A DNA stretch of 64,000 bases from Vicugna vicugna (taxonomy: Eukaryota), in contig MU058065.1 of assembly GCA_013265495.1 (NCBI GenBank), positions 3,699,003 through 3,763,002 on the forward strand. Direction: 5' to 3'. Positions within the stretch are counted from its first letter, which is position 1; every line of letters begins with the position of its first letter. Of the stretch, positions 50,061 through 62,430 are shown piece after piece. A model generated the notes under the pieces. That model was not told the origin of the DNA. It ran no database searches and was given only the letters and a program-made list of their open reading frames with translations. Both the position numbers and the translations under genes were made by a program.

Positions 50061-53000
50061 TGTGATATTGTGATTTATAATAACATGTATTTTGTCTTCA
50101 TAGTCCCCATTTCTGGATCAGAGCTTCTAAAACCATTTAAGTGATGAGACTGACAAAGATGTTTTTTGCTATATTAATAAGGTGACTTTTGAATCCACCC
50201 TAAGGATGGGACTGATGCCCTGAGTAGCCAACCATGTAATTAGAAGTTTGGAAATTTCAGTCCCTTCTCCCTGACCTCCCAGGGGGGCAGAGGGGATGGA
50301 GGCTGAACCAGTCACCAATGACCAATGATTAAATCAATCATGCTTATGTAATAAAGTCTCCAAAAAAACCCCCAAAGGATGAGGTTCAGAGAAACTCCTG
50401 GTTGGTGAACATGTGGAGATTTGGGACAGTGATGTGCCTGGAGAGGGCATGGAATCTTAGCGCCCTTTCCCTACACTTTGCCCTGTGCATTTCTTCTGTC
50501 TGGCCGTTCCCGAGTTATATCCTTCATAGCACAGGCACATCTCATTTTATTGTGTTTCACTTTATTGCACTTCACAGATATAGTGTTTTTTTTCAAATTG
50601 AAAGTTTGGGGCATTCCAGTGTCAAGTAAGTATACTGGTACCATTTTTCCAGTAGCATTTGTTCTCTCTGGGTCTCTGGGTCCCATTTTGGTAATTCTCA
50701 CAATGTTTCAAACTTTTTCATCATTATTATACTTCTTACAGTGATCTGTGATCAGTGATCTTTGATATTGCTATTGTGCTTGATTTGGGTGCCACAAACT
50801 ATGCCTGTATAAGACGGTGAACTTAATGTGTTCTGACTGCTTCACCCACAGGCCTTTCCTTCATCTCTTTCCGCCCCCTCAGGCTCCCTATCCACTGAGA
50901 CAAAACAACATTGAAATTAGACCAATTAACCCTACAATGGCCTCTAAGTGTTCAAGTGAAAGGACAAATTGCACTTTAAAGTCTCACTTTAAATCAAATG
51001 CTAGTAAGGAAAGCGTGTTGAAAGCTGAGAGAGTCTGAAAGCTAGACCCCTTGCACTATTGAGCCGCATTGTGAACGCACAGGAAAAGTTCTTGCAGGAA
51101 ATTAAAAGTGCTACTTCAGTGAACATGTGAATAAGATAGCAAAACAGCCTTATTTCTGATATGGAGACCCGTTTTAGTGATCTGGATAGAAGATCAAACC
51201 AGACACAACAACCCCTAAAACCAAAGCCTAATCCAAGAGCAAGTCTCTAACTCCCATCAATTCTATAAAGGCTGAGAGAGGTGAGGAAGCTGCAAAAGAA
51301 ATTTTGAAGCTAGCAGAGGTTGCTTCATGAGGTTTAGTGAAAGAAGCCATCTCCTCAACATACAAGCACAAGGTGAATTCACAATTGCTAATGTAGAAGC
51401 TGCAGCAAGTTGTCCAGAGGATCAAGCTAAGAGAGTGAATGAAGGTGGCTACACTAAACAACAGATTTTCAATATAGATGAGATAGCCTTCTATTGGAAG
51501 AAGATGCTATCTAGGACAAGAGGAGTCAATGCCTGGCTTTAAAGCATCAAAGGACATGCTCACTCTCTTGTTAGGGGCTACTGCATCTGGTGACTTTAAG
51601 TTGAAGCCAGTGCTCATTTACCATCCTGAAAATTCTACAGCCCTATGGAATTATGCTAAATCAACTCTGCCTGTGCTCTATAAATGGAACAACAAGGCCT
51701 GGATGACAGCACATCTGTTTACAACATGGTTTACTGAATATGTTAAGCTCACTATTATAATCCACTGTTCAGAAGCACAGATTTCTTTCAAAATATCGTT
51801 GCTCACTGACAACGCACTTGGTCACCCAAGAGCTCTGATGGAGATGTACAATGAGATTCATGTTGTTCTCATGCCTACTATCACAACATCCATTCTGCAG
51901 TCCATGGATCAAAGACTACTTTCAACTTTCAAGTTCTTTTAAGAAATACATTTCATAAGACTGTAGTTGCCCTAGGTAGTGATTTTTTTCTGATGGATCT
52001 GTGCAAAATCAATTGAAAACCTTATGGAAAGGATATTACCATTCTACATGCCATTAAGAGCATCCATGATTCATGGAGGAGATCAAAATATCAACATTAA
52101 TAGGAGTTTAGAAGCAATTGATTCCAGCCCTCATGGATGACTTTGAGGAGCTTAAGACTTCAGTAGAGGAAACAATTGCAGATGTGGTGGAAACAGCAGG
52201 AGAACTAGAATTAGAAGTGAAGCCTGAGGTTGGAACTGAATTGTTTCAATCTCATGATAAAACTTTAATGGATGAGAAGTTGCTTCTTATGGATGAGCAA
52301 AGAAAGGGGTTTCTGAAAGTGGAATTTACTCCTGATGAAGATGCTCTGAAGGTTGCTGACATGACAACAAAGGATTTAGAATATCCCGTAAACTTAGTCG
52401 ACAAAGCAGCAGCAAGGTTTGAGAGGACTGACTCCACTTTTGAGAGAAATTCTACTGTGGACAAAATGCTATCAAAGATTATTTTATGCTATAGTAAAAT
52501 TTTTCATGAAAGTAAGAGTGAATTTACGCAGCAAACTTCATTGTAGTCTTATTTTGAGGAACTGCCACAGCCACCCCAACTTTCAGCAACCACCACCTTG
52601 ATCAGTCAGTAGCCACCAACATGAAGACAAGATCTTCCACCAGCAGAAAGGAAAATGACTTGCTGAAAGCTCAGAGGTTGGTTAGCATGTTTTAGCAATA
52701 AAGTATTTTTAAATTAAAGTATATACATGTTTTGTTTTTCAGACTTAAAATACTACAGCATAGTGTAAACTTAACTTCTATACACACTGGGAAACCAAAA
52801 AAAAAATGTGTAACTCTCTTTATTGTGATATTTACTTTATGATGGTGATCAGGAACTGTGGAACTGAACCTGCAGTATCTCCAAGGTATGCCTGCAAGCC
52901 AGTAACCTACTAAGTAAAATGTTCTCTGAATTCTCTGAGCTGCTCTACCAAATTAATTGACTCCAAGGAGGGGGTCATGAGAATCCCTGATCTATAGCTG

Positions 53001-53210
53001 GTTGATCAGAAGCACAGGTGACACCCTGGGCTTGTGACCAGTGTCTGAAGGCAGAGGGCAGTCTTGTGGGACAGAGCCCTCAAGCTGTGCAATCTGATGC
53101 TGTTTCTGAGCAGTGTCAGAACTGAGCTGAATTGTAGGTCACTCACCTGGGGGATTTCTTGTTGGTGTGGAAACTATCCCTCACTCCACACGTTGGAACT
53201 GGGTGTCAGA
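50061..53210 (+). mobile_element. MER21-family LTR split by Tigger1 (parts 50061-50531 and 52895-53210)
   Basis: Starts tgtgatattgtga; motifs shared with the copy at 42.8-43.7 kb continue seamlessly across the Tigger1. Confidence 0.85.
50532..52894 (+). mobile_element. Near full-length Tigger1 (TcMar/pogo) DNA transposon; transposase disrupted
   Basis: TIRs caggcacatctc / aggtatgcctg; transposase starts MASKCSSER at 50937; fragments [46 protein letters not shown] occur in different frames with stops. Confidence 0.95.
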
Positions 53211-54660
53211 AACTTTATCAGATCACTCGCATCTGCTGTTCTCCAGGGATGCAGTATTACTTTTGATTTGTTTTCTTGGTCAGAAGAAGTTAATTTCAGT
53301 GACTTCTACTTTGATTTCCCTTCTTTGGTAGATTTTAACCCACAGAACAAAGTGTCAACTGCCAAATATGTTGATCTCAATCATATTTTTTGAGACTGGA
53401 GAAATGACATGAAGTGGGTCCTGTAGACCCAGTTTGACCCACTCTGTGCCAAATGTGGCCAGGATTCTGTTTCTCACATGGCTTCTACCTGCCCCTACTC
53501 TAATATGGGGAAAGTCCTGGGATACTTCTGGTGTCTGGGTGTTAACTTCGATTCAGATTCTGTGTCCAACCATTCCTGAGATGTCTGGGTAGTCCACTTT
53601 CTCCAGTGTGTAGTTACACATAAACGGCTGTGGGTCCCTTTGCAGAAGGACTGGGGCAATCTCCATTGTGTATATACTTGGTGTGATTTTGCAGAAGCCT
53701 TCCTTCTGAGGACCTGACCACCACATCAGTCAGGCAGTTCTAGGTCAGAAAACTGGCTCAGGTTTGGGAGCTGAGAAAGGGATCATGACTGTTTATTGTG
53801 TGACTGCACTCGGCTTGCTGGTCACCCACCCTTGATTTCTTCTGCTGGTACAAACTGAGTAGGATCCTTGTCAGTCGCACATCTTTGTTTCCCCCAGGGC
53901 CCCTTTAATCTCTTAACCATCTCTATAACTTGTGCAAGGGAGGCCCCCTTGGTTGCCACACCAATTTTTCCAGCCATCTGAGACCCCTCAGGCTCCAGCC
54001 GTCAAGTCCCACGACCATATCTCTATTGTGTTGGTGTTCTATCATTTGACTGCTCTTGGTGAACCAAGTTCTGTAGCAGCCTCTCCTACTGTCAGTCTGG
54101 ACCTGCAGAAGAGAACCACTGCTGAAGTTCTCAGTGATGCTGGTGCCCCTCTCACCAGCACAGTCCTGTGGTTCTGGTGTATGTTGTGTCCCCTGGGCCC
54201 TCCCATGGGACATAATCATCTGGAGGATCTTCTGGACACACATAGTGTATGTCCACCCCAGCATGTTCACTTCCCTGAGCCTTTTAATCCCTTCCTCCAC
54301 CACAATTTTGTCCTCCTGGCATTCGCCATTGCTTTTTCATGTCTCTAGGACCATACTAGTAACAAGCTAGCACCCTCTTCTGGGGTCGCTACCAAGGTGT
54401 TAAATCCTATCACTTGGGACAGAGATGGGATTCAACAAACACTTCCTCATCCAGTTTTATGTTGTGCCTCTTTTAATCAAGCATTCTCAGAATTCAACCC
54501 CACATCTACTTCTCCTGCTAGTGCGTGATGGCTTAGGCATATGACTCCTTTGGGATGCAGCCCTCTCCTCCCTTATTAGTCAGCACATTCCATCACTGGG
54601 TTATGTTATGTCTTAATCCCAATCGTAAACCCAGTGGCCAGGACCCTGAGAGGGCACTGA
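53211..54660 (-). mobile_element. Decayed ERVL gag-pro, a continuation of 48500-50060
   Basis: ORF 53923..54303 MVEEGIKRLREVNMLGW resembles gag VEEGIQRLREIGMLEW; protease-like LDTESESKLTP at about 53540-53572. Confidence 0.8.
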
Positions 54661-54699
54661 CCCGTCTAATACAATCTCTGCAGAACTTCCCTGAATTCC

Positions 54700-55205
54700 T
54701 AGACTTGTTCAGGGCCTGACTCTTCCTTTCCATAGTTCCCTTTGCATCCTCTCCTGGAACATTTGTCATATTACACAGTCTTCCCCACTAGGCTGTAAGC
54801 ATTATGGGATGAGTAGAGACAACCTGTTTTTCATCCACTGATGTGTTCTCTGCGCTGAGTTCCATGCTTGGCACAGGTATTTAAAAATGTGTGGCTTGAA
54901 TAGACTTCCTGTAATAAAGACCAACACAGACTGAGTGTTCGCCATGGACCGGGCTCTGTTTAAACTCTTCCATTTACATTAACTCCTCTCATCTTCACCT
55001 TAATTCTCTGAGATTTCTGCAGAGGAAGTAGATGGCCTGTCTTTCACCTATATTCACACTGCATCTTATACATTTCATTGTCATAGTAACTATTGCTTGT
55101 GTACCTTGAATTACTTTCTACCTTAGACTTTGAGCCTTAAGTAAGTATAGAGTCATAGAAGTGCAATAATTTTTGTGTATATTTATGATTAAATGAATGG
55201 ATAAA
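54700..55205. mobile_element. L2 3' end and MIR fragments
   Basis: tcttccccactaggctgtaagc...catgcttggcacag; MIR antisense at about 54910-55030; aatgaatggat end. Confidence 0.55.
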
Positions 55206-56169
55206 TTCACTCCCAGAAATTAACAAGAGGAGTCGAAATTAATTTTATAATTTCACTCTTTTTGTTGCAGGCATATTGCATTAAATATTGTTCTTAATTC
55301 ATGCATGCTGTTAAAGAAAGGTCAGATCTTTTAATTTGAAGATCATTAAGCCATTATTGCACTCACCTTTACAATCATCTGTGACTAGTAAACAAGCAGT
55401 GTATTTTATAGACGAGGATACGGAAGACTTTATTCCACATGAGGAACATGCTTCTTTTATGTGTGCCTTCCTCCTCTCACAAATGCAAATCAATTTTTTA
55501 TGTCTGTCAAATACCAGAACACATTCCAGTGATTAACAGCCCAGTGTTAATGCGATGAAAGAAATTAATTTTAGATGTGTTTGGAGTTTAGAAGTAATTT
55601 GTGTAAAAATAAGATCCTGCTGTGATTCAACTATTTCCTACCAATCTGAACTATGCTGCCCTGGAAAATGCATTATTGGCACATTTATCATAGATCACAG
55701 CTCATTATTTCAAGGGCTGACAAGTGTCTCATTGCACATTTATTAGGAAACTGAGCCTTAATCATATCTGTGGTTTTAAGGGTTTCTGTCCTATTAGATT
55801 TGTGACTTTTTTTACAGAAGAATTGTAAAAGGGAAAAATCTCCTAGACCTGGAACTGAAAGGATGTTAATTTTATAGAGTATTAAAAAAGAGTTATAAGG
55901 ACTCACTTAGATAAAAAAGCTGGCTCCTATTTTAGTTTTACGTTCTGATGTGCAAACTCAGCTTTTTTTTTTTTTTTAAATTCCATTCAGTAGTTCTAAG
56001 CACAGTTATGTTTTGAGGCAATAAACTTGCTGCCTTCTAGAAATTTTACAGAACTTGCCTTTTCTTTTCTTTCTGAATTTTACTAAGAATCAAGTAGGTG
56101 AAATAAGAAGTTAGAAACACAAAATCAAGAACAAATCTATGTTGCCAAAAACAGTGCTTTCAGAAAAAT

Positions 56170-57285
56170 TTTCATTCATTATTTCAGTAAATATTTGAGC
56201 CTTGCCATGTGCCTGTCACTATTCTGGGTGTCTTGGATATGCCAGTGAACTACAGTTATGTGCCTAGGGGGAGGTTACATTCTATTAAGAGAAGACATCA
56301 AACAGCAAATACAGTATATACTCAAATTACAGTGTGTTAGAAGGTGCTAAGTGCAATGAGGAAATAAGATGTATATAATATATACATAATAAAATAAGAT
56401 GAGGAGGAACAAGCGTGCTGGGAAAAGTTCTGCAATTTTAAATGATGATGTTGCTTTTAATGAGATGCTGATATTTGAACAAAGATTTAGAGGAAGGGGA
56501 GTAGGGCTTGGAGATATCTGGAGAAGCATCCCAGGTACAAGTATATACCTATATACTATAACCAGATCCAAGGCCCTGGTTTGGGTCTGTGTCTGGAATG
56601 TTCAAGGACCAGCCAGGAGGCCTGTGTGAGAGGAACAGAGTCGTAGGAAGGAAAATCATAAGCCACGAGCTCAGAGAAGGACTCATGGAACCAGAACATA
56701 AAAAGGTCTCGCGGGCCATCATAAAGACTTTGGCACTTATTCTGAGAGAAAAGGGGGGCAAATGGATTTAAGCAGAGGAATGACCTGATTGGTTATGAGA
56801 ATGATGTTACCAGGTTAAGAACAGACTGTGGAGTATAGGGGTTGACATAGGGAGATAGCTAGAAAATTTGCAACAATTCAGATAAAAGATGATGGTGGCT
56901 CAGACCAACATAGTGATAGTGGAGGTGATTAGAAGGGGCCATAATTTAGATGTAACTTCAATGTAAAGACAATGGATTTTCTGACAGATTTGGTATGCGA
57001 TGTGAAGAGAAGGAAGAAATCAAGGATAAATTCAAAGTTTTTGTCCTAATCAGATAGCAGGATGGAGCTATCTGATTAGGAGACTATAGGTGGAGCAGGT
57101 TTGGGTGCTGGTGCAGGTCCAAAGCTCAGTTCTGAGTATGTTGAATTAGCCACACCTACTAGACATTCAAGTGAAGAAGCTGAGATATGATCCAGACAGG
57201 AGAAACATCCTTATAAATTAGCATATAGAGATAGTATTTTAAGCCATGAGACTGGTTGAGATCACCTACAGAGTGATTGTGGATT
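56170..57285 (-). mobile_element. L2a LINE
   Basis: ttcattcattatttcagtaaatatttgagc...ttaagccatgagactggttgagatcacc. Confidence 0.85.
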
Positions 57286-57634
57286 AAAATTAGAGGAATT
57301 TCATTTTGTGTTTATGTTTTAGAGTTGACATGATAAATAGCATAATACAATGACAAGTGCAACTGACATAAGCAGGTTTAGAAACAAATGCATTGATTCT
57401 TGGGAAGCTGATGACTCACCTGTTGAAACCAAAACCAAATGGCAGCCCATTGGGTACTCGGCAGAATGTTGTATAGAGAGGATGGAGAATGTTGGTTAAA
57501 AGAGGATTATTTGGAAGCGTTTTTATTTTATTGATGTAAACAAGAAAAGAAAGAGAACAGGAGTCATAGTCAATTCCTTCACTGGACTGCTTCTCTTAAC
57601 CTCTACTCCATGACAGACCCAGGCAGAGTCAGGG

Positions 57635-58095
57635 TGTGTGCTGGTTGTCATCTGTTTGGCCTCTGACTCTGTCCTCTAACTTCTGGGATGCATGGCCTAT
57701 ATTGTCTTGCATTCTGGCTTCCGGGTGGGTTCTTTTAAGGAAAAACCCCTGTGGGAGACTGCAGACACAAGGAGGGAAACCTGAAGAGTTTATCGCCCTT
57801 TCTTTGTTGCACTTTATTCAGTGCCCGGGTCTTCCCTTGACTACAGCTTCCGTCGAGTAGTAGCTTCGACGCTCACTCAAGCTCCTGTGACCTGCTGAAC
57901 CATTTCCTCTTCTTGCCCCTTTAGTCCCATGGATGGTATTGGTTTCCTGCTGCTTATAGTCCTTTGGGGCTCAATGTTCATTGTCCACATCCTGTAAAAG
58001 TCCTCTCATTATGTTTTCTTAGTTAAATTCTGAGAATACCATCTGTTTTTTGTTTGTTTGTTTGTTTTCGTTTTTGTAAGGACCCTAGTTCATGT
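57635..58095 (+). mobile_element. LTR33-like LTR
   Basis: tgtgtgctggttgtcatctgtttg, ttctggcttccgggtggg, cttgcccctttagtccca, ccatctgttt...ggaccct. Confidence 0.65.
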
Positions 58096-58519
58096 TGAGC
58101 CTGGGTAATGGCTCAACAGAGTTGCTTTAAGCTACACTGTATAACAAGATAATAGACACAAATTCCCACTTCTTTCTCTTCTTTCTTCTCATATTTCCCC
58201 ACTGGCTCATACCACTAGAATTCAAGGAGAAATCACCGAGGAATTGTTCATTAACTTAAAAAAACTATAGTTGACAAAAATATGATTCTTATTCAGAAAG
58301 ATAAAAAGACTCTGTAAATAATATTTATTGTTTGAGTTTGACAATAAATGTCATCTACTTATTATCTAAGAAACAGGTACTTGTTAAAAATGAAGCTCTA
58401 AAGTGTAATACCAGCTTATATATTTATGAGGAAGAAATTCTAGAATGTTGTTTTGTTGTATTACTTCACAAATAGTCCAGGGTACAAAAAGTCTGCAGTA
58501 ACCAACAACCACCATTCTT

Positions 58520-59440
58520 TTAATCATTCAATAAACTTTTATTGAATATTTTTTATGTGCCAGCTACAAAGATAAATACAACATAATTACTGCCTCTGGG
58601 ATTTCACAGTCTTGAGAGAGAGCTATATCAAAAGATAGTTCCTATACAGCATGATAAATGCTTTGATTGAGGAGAATACAGCAATACTCTGAAACACTAA
58701 ACAGGAGAAATCAAGAAAGGCTTCCTAGAAGAGGTGATATTTGAAATGAATGCTGAAGGATTAGTAGGAGTTAGTTGAGTAAAGGAGAGTGGCTGGAGGA
58801 CAGGAGCTTAGGAGGGATACCTGAGAGGCTAAAGATATGGATTTTGAAATCTATAACATACGAGTTGATGTGAGTAAATCCAGGGATGTAGATGGGATCT
58901 CCAATGGAAGGGGTTAAGAGTAGAACTGAGGAGAACTCCAATATTTGTAGACTGGGAATATAAAGAGAAGCAAACAAGAGAGAAAGAGCTAGCAGAGAGG
59001 CTGTAGGATAACCAGAATAAAATATTATTATGGAAGGGAAGAATTTAAAGAATGAAAAACTGCAAAAATGACTATAAGACCAAGGAGACTGGACTGGGGA
59101 GAGTTCATTGTATTTGGCAATTTGGTGGTCTATGTCCACCTTTTTCAGGGTAGTTTGAATGGTATGAGGTTACAGAGGAGGTGACAGTGCTTGGAAATCA
59201 GTATTTTGAGGGGATTGACTGTGAAGAGAATGAGACATAAGGAGTAGCTAGAAGAGAACACTAGGCTATTTAGGAGTTTTCTGTCTCTATGTTCAAAAAT
59301 ATATAAATATGTTTAAATACTTTGAGACAGAACACAACAGAGAAGGACAGGGTGAAATACAGGATGAGGAGAAAAGTACTATGAAACAAAATCTGTTCCC
59401 ACCTTGAAGGAGAAAGAAGGGAATATTATCACATGCATGG
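58520..59440 (-). mobile_element. L2 LINE
   Basis: tcattcaataaacttttattgaat...ggcttcctagaagaggtgatatttga. Confidence 0.75.
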
Positions 59441-59449
59441 ACAGAGGGC

Positions 59450-60112
59450 CTCTCTCAACTGCAGGCAGCAAAAAGCCAACTCAACCTAGATGAATCACAA
59501 GAAATACCTAGGTTTACCTAACTGGGAAGTCTCAGGACAGGATCTAGGGGGCTGTTAAATCTCTACTTCGCAGTTCTATTTGACTTAATTATGATGTCTA
59601 CTGTGTCTATATGGAGAAAGTCTGCACTGGTAAAGACTACACTGTCCTCAGTGTTTCTCCTAAGCAGATGAAAAAAATTTTGTATTTCCAGCTTGTTCAT
59701 TCAAAATTCTCAGGAAGGAATGCCATTGGCCTTGCTTGGGTCACTTATAACCATGAACTAATTACTGTGACCATAGGGAGAGAATACTGTAATTTGCGAG
59801 AGGAGAATCAGGTGCCTACACTCAGAACCAGGTCAAAGTAGGGATGGGATCAGTTTCAGCTGGACCACATTAAATAAGCAGAAACACGATGGACTGAAGA
59901 AGGGTGGTTACCAAACTTGGCTGCACATTGGAGCCCACCAAGTAGCTTAAAAAAAAAAGCATCAGAATCCCCCAAAGTACTGACTTAACTGGTCAGAAGT
60001 GGAGTCCAGGAAAGGGATTTTTTAAGGTCTCCCTCAGGTGATTATAATGTACATCTAGAACGGACATGATTGACATAAACAAAAGGATGCTGAGAAGATA
60101 ATTTGTCCACCT
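59450..60112 (-). mobile_element. MLT1K/L-like LTR with a MER5A insert (about 59903-60060)
   Basis: gcaaaaagccaactcaac, cattggccttgcttgggtcac, terminal tgtccac; MER5A caaacttggctgcacattgga...caggtgattataatgt. Confidence 0.6.
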
Positions 60113-60419
60113 TAGTCTCTAACAAAAAAAAAGTAAATGGCTCTTTCTCTGGCTGTGAGGATGAGTGCGGATAAAGGGAATTCTGAGAATGTGGTATAAT
60201 GATGACAAATGTGATTGAATAGCCTCACTTTTCTCTGTGAAACGGGAGCAAGTCATGTGTGAAGAAGAAAAGGGCTACTGTGCAGTAGGTGGTGGGAAAC
60301 TATGGATGAAGCTTTAGAAAAAGCACTATAACTGAAGAGGCTGCTGACCAGGGACTTGGAAAGTTACTGAGATCTAGTTGTTTGGGACAGCAAAATCAGA
60401 TTTCTGTACTTACCCATGC

Positions 60420-60990
60420 ATTTACTATTATAGATGCTTTTATTATCCCTTTTTGAAGATCTAGGTTTCTATTTGTGATCATTTCCTCTTTGCCTAAAGA
60501 ATGTCCTTTACCATTTCTTGTAGGGCGCAACTGCTGGTGACAAGTTCTTAAAGTTTTTGTTTACGTTAGATGTATTGTTTTGCCTTCATTTTGGAAGAAT
60601 AATTTCACTGAATATGGAATTCTTGCTTCACAGTTTCTTCTTTCTTTTAGCACTTTAAAGATGGCATTCCACTGTTTTCTGGTCTTCATTGTCTCTGATG
60701 AGAAGTCAGTCAACTTATATTTGATCTCTGGTATGCAGATGCTGTTTTTCTCTGGATGCTCCAAGGTCTTCCTTTTTTATTTGGATTTTGGCAGTTTTTT
60801 TTTAATGCAGCTTTCTTTGTACTTAACCTGATTAGAGTTTGCTGAACTTCTAGGATCTGTAATTCAATCTTTTTCATCAAATTATGAACATTTTTATCTA
60901 TTACTTTTCAATGGATTTTAGAGCTCCAGTTATAACTTTGTTAGATCATTTGGTATTGTAAACAATATCTTTGTGACTAAGAAATTTAAA
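60420..60990 (-). mobile_element. Old L1 ORF1-region fragment
   Basis: ORF 60561..60764 TDFSSETMKTRKQWNAIFKVLKE..CEARIPYSVKLFFQNEGK is the L1 ORF1p C-terminal domain. Confidence 0.85.
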
Positions 60991-61213
60991 CCTACATTAT
61001 TATTTTTATATTAAGGACTTTGAACATATTTGCTTTTTTATGTATATAAATAATTTTTAAAGGATTTGACTTATGAGAATAAAGATCAGTCTCAAGATTC
61101 TAATTTCAATCGTGTAATTGAGTGAGATAAACTTGTGATTTTAGGTTGAAATTTTACTGTTTGAAATGTAACATATGTATGCAGACATAAGTATACACAT
61201 ATAAAACATACGT

Positions 61214-62010
61214 AAAATAAGACCCATTTTATGTGTGCTATTGTAAGTTGGGTTTTTATTATATCAGTGTTCTTCTTGTTCTTATTTAATTTGCAGATTT
61301 AGACTATTCAGCTGTTGCATCCCCAGTCTCCAGCCTCCACTTCTTCATACATAGATATTCAAACACCTGTGCACACAAATGTTTATATGTGTAATGTATA
61401 TATAGTATATGTTTATGCATGTGTGTATTTACATAAATGTGTGTAATCTCAACAGGACATTTTAGGTAACAAGATTTACTGTACCTATAAACTTAATTTA
61501 CTAAAATTTTAGAATTTTTTAAGTACTTGGGAAGGTTTGTCAGGTAGAAAATTGAAGAATTTTAAAAAGGAAATTAAATACTTTGCAGTTAAAAATGTCT
61601 GAAGGTATATAATTAAGTTTCCAAATTGTAGTGAATTTATTCAGCGCCTCTAAATTTTGTTAAACTTATACATAAAATAAGAACAATAAGCTAAACTGAA
61701 AAATGAAGAAAAATGTGTAAATTTAATACATTGAATATTAATTTATTAACCAAATCACACCTCTGGATAGTTTTTTCTGCACACAAAAACTGCTCTTGAG
61801 GGTAGCAGATGCTCACATTGCATCCGGAAGCTGCTTTTTTGCCAGAACCCCAGCCACTGCATTGCCAACTTCAGCCTATGTCTGGACTTGCTGTTAGAAA
61901 AGAAAAATAAGAGTCGGTTTATTCGAGGCATTGTGGGTTGAGTTTTTATTATGCTGGCTTTCTTCTTGTTATTATTTAATTTTCATATACAGACCCTATT
62001 AAGCATTGCA
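61214..62010. repeat. Diverged ~105-bp direct repeat (61214-61319 and 61904-62010)
   Basis: aaaataaga...ttgt..gttg.gtttttattat....ttcttcttgtt.ttatttaattt...ttgca present in both, offset 690 bp. Confidence 0.8.
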
Positions 62011-62430
62011 GAATTCAGAGATAGGATAGAAGAAATCCCAGAAACACCCAGTTCCACCCCCAGACTCAGGATCTAAATCGTCTCAACAGCATCTCACGCA
62101 AGAAGTCATCTAGTCCCTGTCTGAACAGCTCCAGTCATGGGAAGTACAGTACATTGATAAGATCTTATTTTTGGATAACTCCAAAAGTTAGAGAGGTCCT
62201 TCTTAGATTATGCTGAAGTATGCCTTTCTGCCTTTTCCCTCTAATTGTCTTCATTTTTCTTGAGGACCTATCCCTGCAGTAGTGGCTTTGGAGTTCTGGG
62301 TTCCTTTTCCTCGAGATTTAACATGCTCTCTCACTCCTCCTGCTGCTGATGTGACATTGAGCAGACCCTTCTTTGATGCATAGTGTTTAGAATTGAATAC
62401 AACCCTCCCTGTGTGATCTGAGAAATCCAA
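62010..62430 (-). mobile_element. L3/CR1 fragment
   Basis: gtcatctagtccctgtctgaacagctccagtcatggga...gttagagaggtccttctt typical of L3 antisense. Confidence 0.6.

Noticed and set aside
50937..52680. Domesticated transposase gene (TIGD1-like)
   Set aside because: The reading frame is broken by multiple stops, frameshifts and small deletions, and TIRs are present; it is a decayed Tigger1 copy
53923..54348. Intact gag-derived domesticated gene
   Set aside because: Only a short gag motif is in frame; the surrounding sequence is frameshifted
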